From positions 422-64,421 of the forward strand of contig JAFRWU010000014.1 of NCBI GenBank assembly GCA_017441705.1: DNA of 64,000 bases, read 5' to 3'. The DNA comes from Clostridia bacterium (GTDB taxonomy: Bacteria > Bacillota > Clostridia > Oscillospirales > QAMX01). The translations under genes were made by a program, and so were the position numbers. Below are positions 14,591-24,059 of this stretch, in pieces (positions within the stretch are counted from its first letter, which is position 1; the number at the start of each line of letters is the position of its first letter). The notes beneath the pieces were generated by a model, which saw only the letters and a list, made by a program, of their open reading frames with translations, was not told the DNA's origin and did no database searches.

Positions 14591-17500
14591 TCAGGCCCTG
14601 GTCAGCTTGATCGTGGCGATCTCGTAGTTCCCCATGACGTAACGGATCCCGCCGTTTTCCACGGGAAGCTCGCGTTCCTCGTTTTCCAGCATGTCGCAGA
14701 GGCAGGCTCTCTTTACCGCGAAGCCCGGGGTGAAAAGGGTTTCGGTGCGGCGGTTTTCGCATTCGTAGGCGCGGAAGATCACGTCGTCCGAATCGTAGGC
14801 CTTTTTCACGGTTTCGATCAGAACGTTCTTCCGGTCGGAGGAGAGGAAAGAATACTCGTCGGGGAGGGTCCCGTCGCCGCCGCCGGTCTCAAAGGCCAGG
14901 ATCGGCTCGTTGAGGAGGTAAGCCTCGCGCACCGTATCGGCCTCCCGCCAGGTCCCGGCGTGAGGATAGATGGAGTAGGTGAATTCGTGTCTGCCCTGAT
15001 CGGCCTCGGGATTCGGGTAGGTGCCGCATTTCAGCAGGGTGATTTTCAGGGTGGAGCCTTCGGCGTTGTGGCCGTATTTGCAATCGTTCAGGATCGAAAG
15101 GCCGTAGCCGGCGTCGGAGATATCGGCCCACTTGTGGGCGCACACCTCAAATTTCGCCGCGTCCCAGGAGGTGTTTTCGTGGGTCGGGCGTTCGACGTTG
15201 CCGAACTGCACGTCGTAGGTTGCGGCGTTCGCGTGCACCGACGCGGGGAAGGCCGCCTTCAGGATCACGTGATGGTCGTGCCAGTCGAGCGTGTTTTCCA
15301 CGTCGATCCGGGCGATGTCGTCGTAGAGCCAGATCCTCTGGGTGATCACCGAACGGGAGAAGGGGCGCGTGATCTCGAATCCGGCGCGCGCGCCGTCCCG
15401 GATCGGCTTCAGGGAAGAGATCTCGCGGACCGGCCAGCATTTCTGCTTGTAATAGGAGGTGATTTCCCAGTCGTCGTAGGCGCGGGGGAAGTCCTCGAAG
15501 GCCTCCAGCTTGTTGCCCTTCTCGCCCTCCGCGAAGACCTCGCGGCCGTTTTTCCTGTCGTAAAGCGACCACTCGCCGTTCTCGTCGAGGGTCAGACGGA
15601 AAAAGTCGTTTTCGGCGGTCTTTTCGCCGAGGGTCACGCGGCTCTCTTTGCGGAGGAGCGCGGGATCGACGATCTTCCAGCCCATGGCGGGAACGCCGCC
15701 GGCGTAAAGGGTCTCGCCGCCGATCTTCACGGCGCCGCCCGCCGTAAAGGCGTGGGGGTTATAGAGGAAGACGCCCTTCTTTCCGGTATGGGAAGCGAGA
15801 TCCCGGAGCTTTCCGAAGAGGATCCTTTCGCCGAGGGAGCGGATCGCGGCGTACTGCCGGTCGCATTCCTCGTAGACCTCGAAGATCGAGGAGCCGGGGA
15901 TGATGTCGTGGAACTGGTTGAGAAGGATGGTTTCCCAGGACTTGTAGAGATCCCGGGCGGGATACTCTCCGCCGAGCAGGACGAGATCGGCGGAGGCCGC
16001 CTTTTCGGCCTCCTCGAAGAGAAGCTCGCTTTTCCGGTTGTTCCTCTTGTTTTTCGCAATGGAGGTATAGGTGCCGCGGTGATATTCCAGATAGAGCTCG
16101 CCTACCCAGCGCGGCGTACGGCCGAGAAGGGCGCGGTTTTCGTCGAAGTTCTTCCGGACGCGGGCGAGCAGATCGCCGACCTTTTCGATCCTTGTGGCCG
16201 GGAAGCCGGGAAGACCGGGGGCAAGACGCCGCTGCTGCTCCAGCATGTCGCGGGTCGGTCCGCCGCCGCCGTCGCCGAAGCCGAAGGTGATGACGGTCTC
16301 GTTGTTGTATTCCTTCTGCTGGAACCGTTCCCAGGTGCCGAGCACCTGCGACGGGCGGATGTATCCCACGTAGGTGGTGCCGTTGTCGTTGACGCCCTCG
16401 GGCGTGTGATCCCGCGCGGTCAGGAAGTAGGTGAAGACCTCGCTGCCGTCGAGGCCCTGCCACATAAAGGCGTCATAAGGCATTTTGTTGGTCTCGTTCC
16501 AGGAGATTTTCGAGGTGACGAAGGTCGTGACGCCGGTCTTTTTCAGGATCTGGGGAAGGGCGATGCTGTATCCGAACACGTCGGGCAGCCAGAGGATCCG
16601 GCTGTCGGCGCCGAATTCCTCCTTCATGAAGCGCTTGCCGTGGATGATCTGACGCACCAGGCTTTCGCCGGAGGAAAGGTTGCAGTCGGCCTCCAGCCAC
16701 ATGGCGCCTTCGACCTCCCAGCGTCCGGCTCTGACGGCCTCCCGGATCTCCTCATAGAGCGCGGGAGCTTCCTCCTTGACGTAGGCGTAAAGCTGCGGCT
16801 GGGAGGACATGAAAACGTATTCCGGGTATTCCTTCATCAGGCTGATGACGGTGGAAAAGCTCCTCTGCGCCTTTTCCCGGGTCTGCGCCAGGGTCCAGAG
16901 CCACGCCACATCGATGTGAGTATGGCCGATACAGGAGACCAGCGCGTCGGATTTGCCGGAGAGACCCTCGTAAAGCTCCCTGCGGAGGTATTCCCGCGCC
17001 CGGGCGATGCCCTGATAATAGGCGTCGCTTCCGGGTTCGCGCATGTCCAGAAAGCGTTCGGCGGTTTCCAGACGCTTCAGGATCTGGATCGCGTCGTTCG
17101 AGCGAGGACCGAGAACGCCCGCGGCGTCCAGCGGCACCTTCAGATCGTAATAAAGCGCTTCGGCTTCCGTGTCCACCTCCACCACCGAGGGACGCACGGC
17201 CACCAGATCCTCGTGCATGCCCACGTAGAAGTAGAGCATCACGTCATAGCTTTTGCCGTAATCGAGAGGGGAATCGGTGTGGTTGACGTCCAGTCCCTGG
17301 ACCATTTTGCCGTTGAGATAGAGGATGCCCTGCGGATTGGTGGCGTCCCATTCGCCCTCCTTGCCGGTGGTAAGATTCAGGAAGAGACGGCGGCCGCTCC
17401 TTGCGGGCGGAGTGTCGACGCGGAAAGCAAACCAGTAATGGGCGTCGCGCCCGCCGACGGTCAGCCGGGGATCGAAGGGGACGAATCCGTCGGCGGAAGG

Positions 17501-17635
17501 CAGACTGTCCCCGGATTTGTATCCGGAGGGAGCGTAGGTGATATCGGTGACGTCGAAGAGCTTTTTTCTCATCTCGCCGGCCAGAGCCTCGCAGATGACG
17601 CGGATCTTGTCGTCGATAAAGCGCACGGGGATCAT
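14591..17635 (-). CDS. GH38 alpha-mannosidase
   Basis: 1014 aa with the GHTHIDVAWLW motif and full-length collinearity with family 38 mannosidases. No signal peptide. Confidence 0.9.
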   Translation of the reverse strand: MIPVRFIDDKIRVICEALAGEMRKKLFDVTDITYAPSGYKSGDSLPSADGFVPFDPRLTVGGRDAHYWFAFRVDTPPARSGRRLFLNLTTGKEGEWDATNPQGILYLNGKMVQGLDVNHTDSPLDYGKSYDVMLYFYVGMHEDLVAVRPSVVEVDTEAEALYYDLKVPLDAAGVLGPRSNDAIQILKRLETAERFLDMREPGSDAYYQGIARAREYLRRELYEGLSGKSDALVSCIGHTHIDVAWLWTLAQTREKAQRSFSTVISLMKEYPEYVFMSSQPQLYAYVKEEAPALYEEIREAVRAGRWEVEGAMWLEADCNLSSGESLVRQIIHGKRFMKEEFGADSRILWLPDVFGYSIALPQILKKTGVTTFVTSKISWNETNKMPYDAFMWQGLDGSEVFTYFLTARDHTPEGVNDNGTTYVGYIRPSQVLGTWERFQQKEYNNETVITFGFGDGGGGPTRDMLEQQRRLAPGLPGFPATRIEKVGDLLARVRKNFDENRALLGRTPRWVGELYLEYHRGTYTSIAKNKRNNRKSELLFEEAEKAASADLVLLGGEYPARDLYKSWETILLNQFHDIIPGSSIFEVYEECDRQYAAIRSLGERILFGKLRDLASHTGKKGVFLYNPHAFTAGGAVKIGGETLYAGGVPAMGWKIVDPALLRKESRVTLGEKTAENDFFRLTLDENGEWSLYDRKNGREVFAEGEKGNKLEAFEDFPRAYDDWEITSYYKQKCWPVREISSLKPIRDGARAGFEITRPFSRSVITQRIWLYDDIARIDVENTLDWHDHHVILKAAFPASVHANAATYDVQFGNVERPTHENTSWDAAKFEVCAHKWADISDAGYGLSILNDCKYGHNAEGSTLKITLLKCGTYPNPEADQGRHEFTYSIYPHAGTWREADTVREAYLLNEPILAFETGGGDGTLPDEYSFLSSDRKNVLIETVKKAYDSDDVIFRAYECENRRTETLFTPGFAVKRACLCDMLENEERELPVENGGIRYVMGNYEIATIKLTRA

Positions 17636-17796
17636 CCTTTCTGACTTGTATTTCCTCTATTGTATCAGAAACCTCCGGCGATTGCAACGCGTTCCGCGCG
17701 GGAGAGGAAGGCGCACCGCGTCCTTTCGGCCCGCATATAGTAAAGAGGAGAGCGCGGCGCCCGCGCTCCCCGAACGAAGAAAGGAGACGATCGCGC

Positions 17797-18039
17797 ATGG
17801 AACGGTTCATGCCGGCCTACGGAAGAGGCTATTCCGCCGATTTCTTCCGCAACGGGGTCGCGCCGGAGGAAAAGCGGCCGCCGGAAGAGTGCGGAAGGCT
17901 TGCTCTCGCGCTTCTCCCGATGCAGACGTGGGAGGGGATCTACACCGGCGAGTGCGGACTCTGCCGGGGGACGATCTTTTCCGCCCTGTATTTCCCTCTG
18001 GGGAACGTCAACAGAGGAGGCGGCGAATTTGAACGATAA
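17797..18039 (+). CDS. cotJA: Spore coat-associated protein CotJA
   Basis: 80 aa with RBS aaaggag. Contains LALALLPMQTWEGIY...GTIFSALYFPL, characteristic of CotJA. It overlaps cotJB by 11 nt. Confidence 0.8.
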   Translation: MERFMPAYGRGYSADFFRNGVAPEEKRPPEECGRLALALLPMQTWEGIYTGECGLCRGTIFSALYFPLGNVNRGGGEFER

Positions 18040-18283
18040 GGAAAGACTTTTGCATGACGTCCGGATCGCGTTTTTCAAGCGCACCGAGGCGAATCTGTTT
18101 TTGGACACGCACCCGGAGGACCGGGAGGCGCTTTGCTATTTCCGCGACGCCGACCGGGAATTCCGGGAGGCGAAGGACGATTATGAAAGGCGTTTCGGCC
18201 CGCTCTGCCCCGGCGGGGAGAGCGTACGGGACGGAAAATTCATCTGGATCGCGGCGCCCTGGCCGTGGCAGGGGGAGGCTTGA
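18029..18283 (+). CDS. cotJB: Spore coat protein CotJB
   Basis: TTG start at 18029, 8 nt after agaggagg. The protein contains LLHDVRIAFFKRTEANLFLDTHPEDREALCYF...YERRFGPL, the CotJB signature. The track start 17900 is rejected. Confidence 0.8.
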   Translation: MNDKERLLHDVRIAFFKRTEANLFLDTHPEDREALCYFRDADREFREAKDDYERRFGPLCPGGESVRDGKFIWIAAPWPWQGEA

Positions 18284-18286
18284 CGT

Positions 18287-18889
18287 ATGTGGACCTATCT
18301 GAAGGCTCTTGAATTCCCGGTGAAGATCAAGACCCCCGACGCGCGGGCGGCCAAGATCATCATTTCCCAGTACGGCGGTCCGGACGGCGAGCTCGGCGCC
18401 TCGCTCCGCTATCTGTCCCAGCGCTTCGCCATGCCGACGCCGGAGGCGGTGGGTATCCTCAACGACGTGGGAACCGAGGAGCTGGCGCATCTGGAGATGG
18501 TGGGCGCCATCGTCCATCAGCTGACCCGCGGCCTTTCCGAGGAGCAGATCAAGGCGGCCGGCCTCGACGTCTATTTCGTCGATCACACCGCGGGCATTTA
18601 TCCCGCGAGCGCCGCGGGCGATCCCTTCAACGCCTTCGCCATCGCCTCCAAGGGAGATCCCATCACCGATCTTTCGGAGGATATGGCGGCCGAGCAGAAG
18701 GCGCGCACCACCTACGACAATATCCTCCGGCTGGTATCCGATCCGGACGTCCGGGAACCGATCAAGTTCCTGCGCGCCCGTGAGATCGTGCACTACCAGC
18801 GCTTCGGCGAAGCTCTTCGCATCGTGAGCGACAGCCTGGACCGGAGAAACGTCTACGCCTGCAATCCGGCGCTTGCGCCGGGGAAGTAA
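18287..18889 (+). CDS. cotJC: Spore coat protein CotJC (manganese-catalase family)
   Basis: 200 aa. Contains MWTYLKALEFPVKI...QYGGPDGELGASLRYLSQRF and the di-metal ligand region EELAHLEM. Confidence 0.9.
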   Translation: MWTYLKALEFPVKIKTPDARAAKIIISQYGGPDGELGASLRYLSQRFAMPTPEAVGILNDVGTEELAHLEMVGAIVHQLTRGLSEEQIKAAGLDVYFVDHTAGIYPASAAGDPFNAFAIASKGDPITDLSEDMAAEQKARTTYDNILRLVSDPDVREPIKFLRAREIVHYQRFGEALRIVSDSLDRRNVYACNPALAPGK

Positions 18890-18906
18890 GCCGGACGGAC
18901 GAAAAA

Positions 18907-18940
18907 GCAAAACGCGCGGGGCCGGCCCCGCGCGTTTTGC
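18907..18940. terminator. 34-nt perfect palindrome, bidirectional terminator
   Basis: GCAAAACGCGCGGGGCCGGCCCCGCGCGTTTTGC lies between convergent cotJC and the EamA gene. Confidence 0.8.
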
Positions 18941-18950
18941 TGTTGAAAAT

Positions 18951-19853
18951 TCAGTCCGACGTTCCGGCTTTCCCGAAGGGAAGATTCAGGAGCACCACGG
19001 CCGCCAGGATCAGAAGGATCCCCAAAAGCTTCAGAGGCCCGTGATCCTCCCGGAAGACGAGGATGCCGATCAGGGCGCCGACCAGAGGCTCCACCGCCAC
19101 CAGGATGGCCGCCCGCCCGGCCTCCATCCGCGCAAGTCCCCAGGTGTAAAAGAAATAGGGGAGGGCGGTGGAAACCAGGGCGATCCCGATCCCCCAGAGG
19201 ATCAGAGAGGGATCGCTTCCCAGAATCCGGAACGTTTCCAGCGGCCTTCCCAGAGGGATCGACCCGGCAAAGGCGAAAAGAAAGGTATAGACCGTGACGG
19301 TCAGAGGATCGTATTTCCGGAGAGCGAGGTTCCCGAAGATCGAATAGAGCGCGTAAAAGAGCCCCGATCCGATCCCGGTGAGAAGCACCGGCAGAGAAAG
19401 GCGCGCGCCGCTTCCCAGAAGCCCCGCCACCAGCACGGTCCCTCCCGTCGTCAGCACCAGAGCCAGAAGCTTCCGGAGAGTGATCATTTCCCGGAAAAAG
19501 AGCGCCGAAAGGAGCATGACGAAGACCGGCGAGGTGTATAGGAGAACCACCGCAACCGAAGCCTCCGACGCGATCATGGTGTGAAAATAGCAGACGTTGA
19601 ACAGCACCAGGCTCACGATCCCGGTCCCGGCGAACAGCCAGAGATCCCGGAATCTCACCCGGAATTTTTTCGGATCGCGGATCAGCAGAAAAAGCGAAAA
19701 GAGGAGCGCCGCTCCCGCGGTGCGAAGAAGAGAGATCTGCAGGGCGTCCAGTCCGCCGCCCGAAAGCGCGCGGATGAAAAGATTGATCACGCCCCAGAGG
19801 ATCCCGGCGAGGATCACCGACAGGGCGGGGAAGACGCTGCTTTTCGTACGCAT
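18951..19853 (-). CDS. EamA/DMT family transporter
   Basis: 300 aa with 10 predicted TM segments in a two-fold repeat. The N-terminus ...ILWGVINLF is typical of EamA domains. Confidence 0.85.
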   Translation of the reverse strand: MRTKSSVFPALSVILAGILWGVINLFIRALSGGGLDALQISLLRTAGAALLFSLFLLIRDPKKFRVRFRDLWLFAGTGIVSLVLFNVCYFHTMIASEASVAVVLLYTSPVFVMLLSALFFREMITLRKLLALVLTTGGTVLVAGLLGSGARLSLPVLLTGIGSGLFYALYSIFGNLALRKYDPLTVTVYTFLFAFAGSIPLGRPLETFRILGSDPSLILWGIGIALVSTALPYFFYTWGLARMEAGRAAILVAVEPLVGALIGILVFREDHGPLKLLGILLILAAVVLLNLPFGKAGTSD

Positions 19854-19874
19854 ATCCAGGATACCTCGAAAGGA

Positions 19875-20636
19875 TCAGCCCGGCACGCCGGTGACGTTCT
19901 GCGCCCCGCCGTCCATATAAAGGGAGGTGCCGGTGATGATCCCGGCTCCTTCGCCTGCCAGAAACACCGCGGCCTTGCCGATCTCGTCTCCCACGGCGTA
20001 CCGGCCGAGGGGGATCTTCGATACGACGTGATCGTACCACTCGGTGCCGGCGCTCTTTTCATTGTAGCCCGGATTCTGCGTGTAGCCCGGCACGATGTCC
20101 ACCACCCGGATGCCGTAAGGCGCAAGCTCGATCGAGGCGCTTCTGGTCATGCGGTCGACGGCCGCTTTGCACGCGGCGTACAGCAGACTGCCCCGTAAGG
20201 TGACGGTCTGGTGGTTGGAGGAGATGTTGATGATCACGCCCTTTTTTCCGTGGGCGATCATATTCTTCGCCGCCTGCTGCATGCAGAAGAAGGTGCCGCG
20301 GAAATCCACGCTGACGCCCCGGTCGAAATCCTGCTCGGTGGCGTTCAGAAGATCGGTGCCGAAGGTCATGCCGGCGTTGTTGACCATGCAGTCGATGCCG
20401 CCGAAGACTTCCTCCACCTGCCGGAACATGGCGAGGATATCCTCCACACGCCCGTTGTCGCCGTAAAGGGAAAGCGTCCTGATCCCGTGCGCTTCCTCTG
20501 CGGCCCGGAGCGCCGCTTCGGTACGGTCCTTGCTTCTGTGATAGCTGGCCGCCACGTCGTAGCCGGCCGCGGAGAATTCCCGGATCATGCCGGGGCCGAT
20601 GATGCCGCCCCCGCCCGTGATGAATACTGTGGGCAT
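19875..20636 (-). CDS. SDR family oxidoreductase
   Basis: Start moved to ATG 20636 (RBS aaggag). Contains TGGGGIIG (Rossmann) and the YAACK (YxxxK) catalytic motif. 253 aa. Confidence 0.9.
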   Translation of the reverse strand: MPTVFITGGGGIIGPGMIREFSAAGYDVAASYHRSKDRTEAALRAAEEAHGIRTLSLYGDNGRVEDILAMFRQVEEVFGGIDCMVNNAGMTFGTDLLNATEQDFDRGVSVDFRGTFFCMQQAAKNMIAHGKKGVIINISSNHQTVTLRGSLLYAACKAAVDRMTRSASIELAPYGIRVVDIVPGYTQNPGYNEKSAGTEWYDHVVSKIPLGRYAVGDEIGKAAVFLAGEGAGIITGTSLYMDGGAQNVTGVPG

Positions 20637-20799
20637 AGCCGATCTCCTTTTTTCTTCCCGTAATGCCGCCGTCGGAGGCCGGAAGCGCTCCCCCGGCGGA
20701 CGAGATGAGCATATCACAAACCGGCGAGGAAATCAATTGACAGAGCTTTCCAAATATGATAGCCTAATAAAAGAATATTTCTGTCAGGAAGTGATAAGT

Positions 20800-21954
20800 A
20801 TGCGTCCGATCACGTCTTTCGACCGGTACATCGAGCGGGAGATCGCCGACAAAAAGGCGGTCTACGCGGCCTATCAGGTGACGCGGGGAAGAGAAATCGT
20901 CTGCGGCGGAGCCTTCGGTCTGGCCGACCGGGAAAAGGGGATCCCCTTCACCGAAAACAGCGTCCTTCGCCTGGCTTCCATGACCAAGCCCCTGACCGGG
21001 GCGGCGGTGATGAAGGCGCGGGAGATGGGACTCCTATCCCTTTCGGACAAGGTGTCGAAATACCTTCCGGGCTTCCGCAGTATGCGCGTTGCCCTTTTCG
21101 GCCCCGACGGGGAGATCACGGGGGAAAAGCCCGCGGAGAACGAGCTGACGGTGGCGTCGCTTCTGAATCACACCAACGGTCTCGGCACCGGCAGGGTGCC
21201 CTGCCGGATCCTGGAGGAGGCGGAACCGGGGGCGACCCTTTCCTCCCTGGTGCCCCGTTACCCCGGCCAGCTTCTGGACTTCGAGCCCTATACCGCCACG
21301 GGATACAGCTCCACCATGGCCTTCGACGTGGCGGCGTATCTCGTGGAGATGACTTCCGGCATGGAGTACGAATCCTTTCTCCGGAAGCATATTCTGGAGC
21401 CTCTCGGCATGGAGGATACCGGCTACAATCTGACTCCGTCCATGCAGGAAAGGCTGGCGAAGTTTTACCGCGCCGACGGGGAGATCACCTTCGTCGGCGA
21501 AGAGGGAAGGATCCTGCCCGGCCTTACCAACACCTTCAAAGCCGGCGGCGGGCGGCTCTATTCCACCTTGTCGGATTACCGGCAGTTTGCCCTGATGCTT
21601 CTTTCCGGGGGGAAGGGGGAGGACGGGGAGGTCCTTTCTCCGGAATCGGTCCGGCTGCTTTCTTCTCCGTCGCTGCCCGCGTCTCTCCGGGGCGGATGCG
21701 AGGAGTGGGGTCTTTCCATGCGGGTGATCATGAAAAAGGACCCGCCCGCCCAGATGCTGGATCCCGGCTGCTACGGATGGAGCGGCGCTTATGAGACGCA
21801 CTTTTTCGTGGACCCGGGACATGACCTCGCCGCGATCCTGATGAAAAATATCTCCAACGGTCTCGGCGCGGGGGCCCCGTCGGCCAGGGCGTTTGAAAAG
21901 GCCGTAGCCGAGGAGATCGCCTCCGATCCCGTCTTCTGGAAAGGAAAACGATAA
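20800..21954 (+). CDS. Serine hydrolase (beta-lactamase / class C-related family)
   Basis: Start moved to ATG 20800. Contains the LASMTKPLTG SxxK motif. 384 aa. Confidence 0.85.
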   Translation: MRPITSFDRYIEREIADKKAVYAAYQVTRGREIVCGGAFGLADREKGIPFTENSVLRLASMTKPLTGAAVMKAREMGLLSLSDKVSKYLPGFRSMRVALFGPDGEITGEKPAENELTVASLLNHTNGLGTGRVPCRILEEAEPGATLSSLVPRYPGQLLDFEPYTATGYSSTMAFDVAAYLVEMTSGMEYESFLRKHILEPLGMEDTGYNLTPSMQERLAKFYRADGEITFVGEEGRILPGLTNTFKAGGGRLYSTLSDYRQFALMLLSGGKGEDGEVLSPESVRLLSSPSLPASLRGGCEEWGLSMRVIMKKDPPAQMLDPGCYGWSGAYETHFFVDPGHDLAAILMKNISNGLGAGAPSARAFEKAVAEEIASDPVFWKGKR

Positions 21955-21958
21955 AAGG

Positions 21959-23986
21959 GTGACTATGACGCTGACGCCTTTGGAGGAATTCGGAGCGAGG
22001 ATGGCGAGGCTCGTCGGAGCGGAAGCCGCCGTCCTTCCCTTTCATACGATCCTCCGCATCATAAGCCTGATGATCCTGGGCATTGCCCTCTTCTTCCTGA
22101 TTCTGCGTCTGGAACGAAAGGGAAGACAGGCCTTTGTCCGCGCGACCGCGCCGAAAATCGGCCATTACGTCTGGCTCGCCGGGATGCTCATGCTTCTTTT
22201 CCCGGTGTGGACAAGAGACCGGAACGGTTTCCGGGAGTACCTGATCCCGATCCTTGTCACGCTTCTCTTCCTCGCAGCGGAGACGGCGCTCCTTTTCTGG
22301 CGGCGGGCGGGACTTGCTCTGTCCCTGGTCTATCTCTGGGCGGCTTTGCCTCTGAAGGAACTCACGGTGATCGCAGTGACAGAAAAGGACAGAGCCGCGC
22401 TCTCTGCCTATTCGCCCGCGGGTATGATGGGCGTCTACGCCGCCGACCGCTATCTCCTGGACCGGGCGTCGGCCCTGGCGCTGGCGGCCTTCTGTCTCAC
22501 GGTATGGATGGCAGTCTATTACGGCAGGCGCCGGCTTCTTTTCCGGGAAGAGGCGAAGAGAGCCTTCTGCGGCCTTTCGGGATGCGTCCGCTGCGCTTCT
22601 CCCCTGATCGGGGAAGGGAGCTTCTGCCCGGTCTGCGGCGCGGACAACAGCGGAAGAGGCCGTTCGATCCCGCGGAAGGAACCCCTGGACGACGTGAAAT
22701 ACTGCGCGGACTGCGGCGGCGTCCTGGTGGACGGAAAGTGTGCCGCATGCCGGTCGGTAAAGCGCCTTTCCGAGATCGCGAAGGAAGGTTTGAAGGAAGG
22801 CGTGAGCACCGGTGCGCTTTCGTTTCTGAAAAAGGTGCTGGCCGTGATCCTGATCGCGGCGCTCTTCTTGCTGCCGCTGGCCGCGCCGGATCCCCTCTCC
22901 CGCATGACCGAAGGGAGCGGCGAGGCGGCCGGAGAAGTGATCGCACTTTTCCGGGAATGGAAGGACGATCCCTCTCTCTCCGGCGACGGGACTTTTCGCG
23001 GCCGTTTCGACGCCGCGCGTTCCGCCTTTACCGAAAGGCTTTTCGGAGGATTCGATCTGGAAGGCACGGGGCGGCTGACCTACACGGAGCTTTACGGATA
23101 TATCGGTTATCTGGACGCCGCCTGGCAGGAGGCAGCGATCCTGGACGCCATGGGCAAGGCGGTGGACGGCGGGGATGCCTCCCGGGCAAAGGCCATGGAA
23201 GAAGCGTTCCTTTCGGCGGAAGAGGCGCGGGTCCGTGCTCTCGGGAGCGGTCTCCTGTTCGCTGTTTCCGCAGCGCAGGATCATTTCCAGCAAAGGGCCG
23301 GGCGTGCGGCGACCGATTCCCTCCGGTTCTGGCTTTCTTTCGTTCCGGCGGTCCTTCTGGCCGGTGCATGCGCCGTTCTGACGCCGGCGGCCGTAGTATG
23401 GACGGTCCTTCTGCGGAGAAAGGATCCGGACCCCTCGCCTTTTGTTTCCATAGCGGAGGAGAACCCGGAGGAAGGGCTCGATGCGTCACGGAGGGAAGGA
23501 AAGAAGCAGCTCCGCCGGGAAAAGCTTTGCATGCTGGCGGTGGGGACCCTGACGGCGGTCCTGATCCTGGGAGGGATCCTGATCGAAGGGGCGCAGAACG
23601 CCGCGAAACCGCCGAAGGCTTCCGCCGTCTTCCGCGACGCCTACTATACCGAAGGGGCGCTGCTTCTGGAAAAGATCGCCGCTCCGGCGGACGGGGAGAC
23701 GGCGGACGGGCTCCGGGAAGCGGTCGGAGCCTTCCGGAAAAAGCTGGCTCTCTTTGAGACGAGCGACGCTTCGGACGAGGAGGAGGAAACGATCCGGGAA
23801 TACCGCGAGCTTGCGGAAAAGACCGACGCGGCGCTCGCCCTTCTGGAGGAAGAGCTCGCCGCGGGAAAAGCGCCCGGTGGCGCGTCCCTTTCGGAAGCCG
23901 CCCGGCTGATCGCCGCGGGGATGAAGGCGGGACTGGAGCCGGCGATCACCGACGCGCTTTCGGCTGCGGGCGATCTGGCGGGCTGA
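21959..23986 (+). CDS. Polytopic membrane protein with cytoplasmic double zinc-ribbon
   Basis: 675 aa with at least 8 hydrophobic helices. Contains CVRCASPLIGEGSFCPVCG and YCADCGGVLVDGKCAACRS (two CxxC...CxxC ribbons). The C-terminus is Ala/Glu-rich and helical. An alternative start is ATG 21965. Confidence 0.7.
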   Translation: MTMTLTPLEEFGARMARLVGAEAAVLPFHTILRIISLMILGIALFFLILRLERKGRQAFVRATAPKIGHYVWLAGMLMLLFPVWTRDRNGFREYLIPILVTLLFLAAETALLFWRRAGLALSLVYLWAALPLKELTVIAVTEKDRAALSAYSPAGMMGVYAADRYLLDRASALALAAFCLTVWMAVYYGRRRLLFREEAKRAFCGLSGCVRCASPLIGEGSFCPVCGADNSGRGRSIPRKEPLDDVKYCADCGGVLVDGKCAACRSVKRLSEIAKEGLKEGVSTGALSFLKKVLAVILIAALFLLPLAAPDPLSRMTEGSGEAAGEVIALFREWKDDPSLSGDGTFRGRFDAARSAFTERLFGGFDLEGTGRLTYTELYGYIGYLDAAWQEAAILDAMGKAVDGGDASRAKAMEEAFLSAEEARVRALGSGLLFAVSAAQDHFQQRAGRAATDSLRFWLSFVPAVLLAGACAVLTPAAVVWTVLLRRKDPDPSPFVSIAEENPEEGLDASRREGKKQLRREKLCMLAVGTLTAVLILGGILIEGAQNAAKPPKASAVFRDAYYTEGALLLEKIAAPADGETADGLREAVGAFRKKLALFETSDASDEEEETIREYRELAEKTDAALALLEEELAAGKAPGGASLSEAARLIAAGMKAGLEPAITDALSAAGDLAG

Positions 23987-24012
23987 CGGAAGGACCCGCA
24001 TCATGAAAAACA

Positions 24013-24051
24013 AAAAAACGCCGGACGGCAGAAACCCGTCCGGCGTTTTTT
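24013..24051. terminator. Bidirectional intrinsic terminator
   Basis: AAAAAACGCCGGACGG / CCGTCCGGCGTTTTTT with a 7-nt loop, between convergent genes. Confidence 0.85.
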
Positions 24052-24059
24052 GGGGGGCG

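Noticed and set aside
14564-17644. 1026-aa plus-strand ORF opposite the GH38 mannosidase
   Set aside because: It has the same codon-aligned antisense shadow explanation. The sequence is low-complexity Gly/Val/Ala/Asp. The minus-strand product carries the GH38 signature.
22207-23757. 516-aa same-strand alternate-frame ORF inside the zinc-ribbon membrane protein gene
   Set aside because: The off-frame product is Arg/Gly/Pro-rich. The called frame gives coherent TM helices and CxxC pairs.
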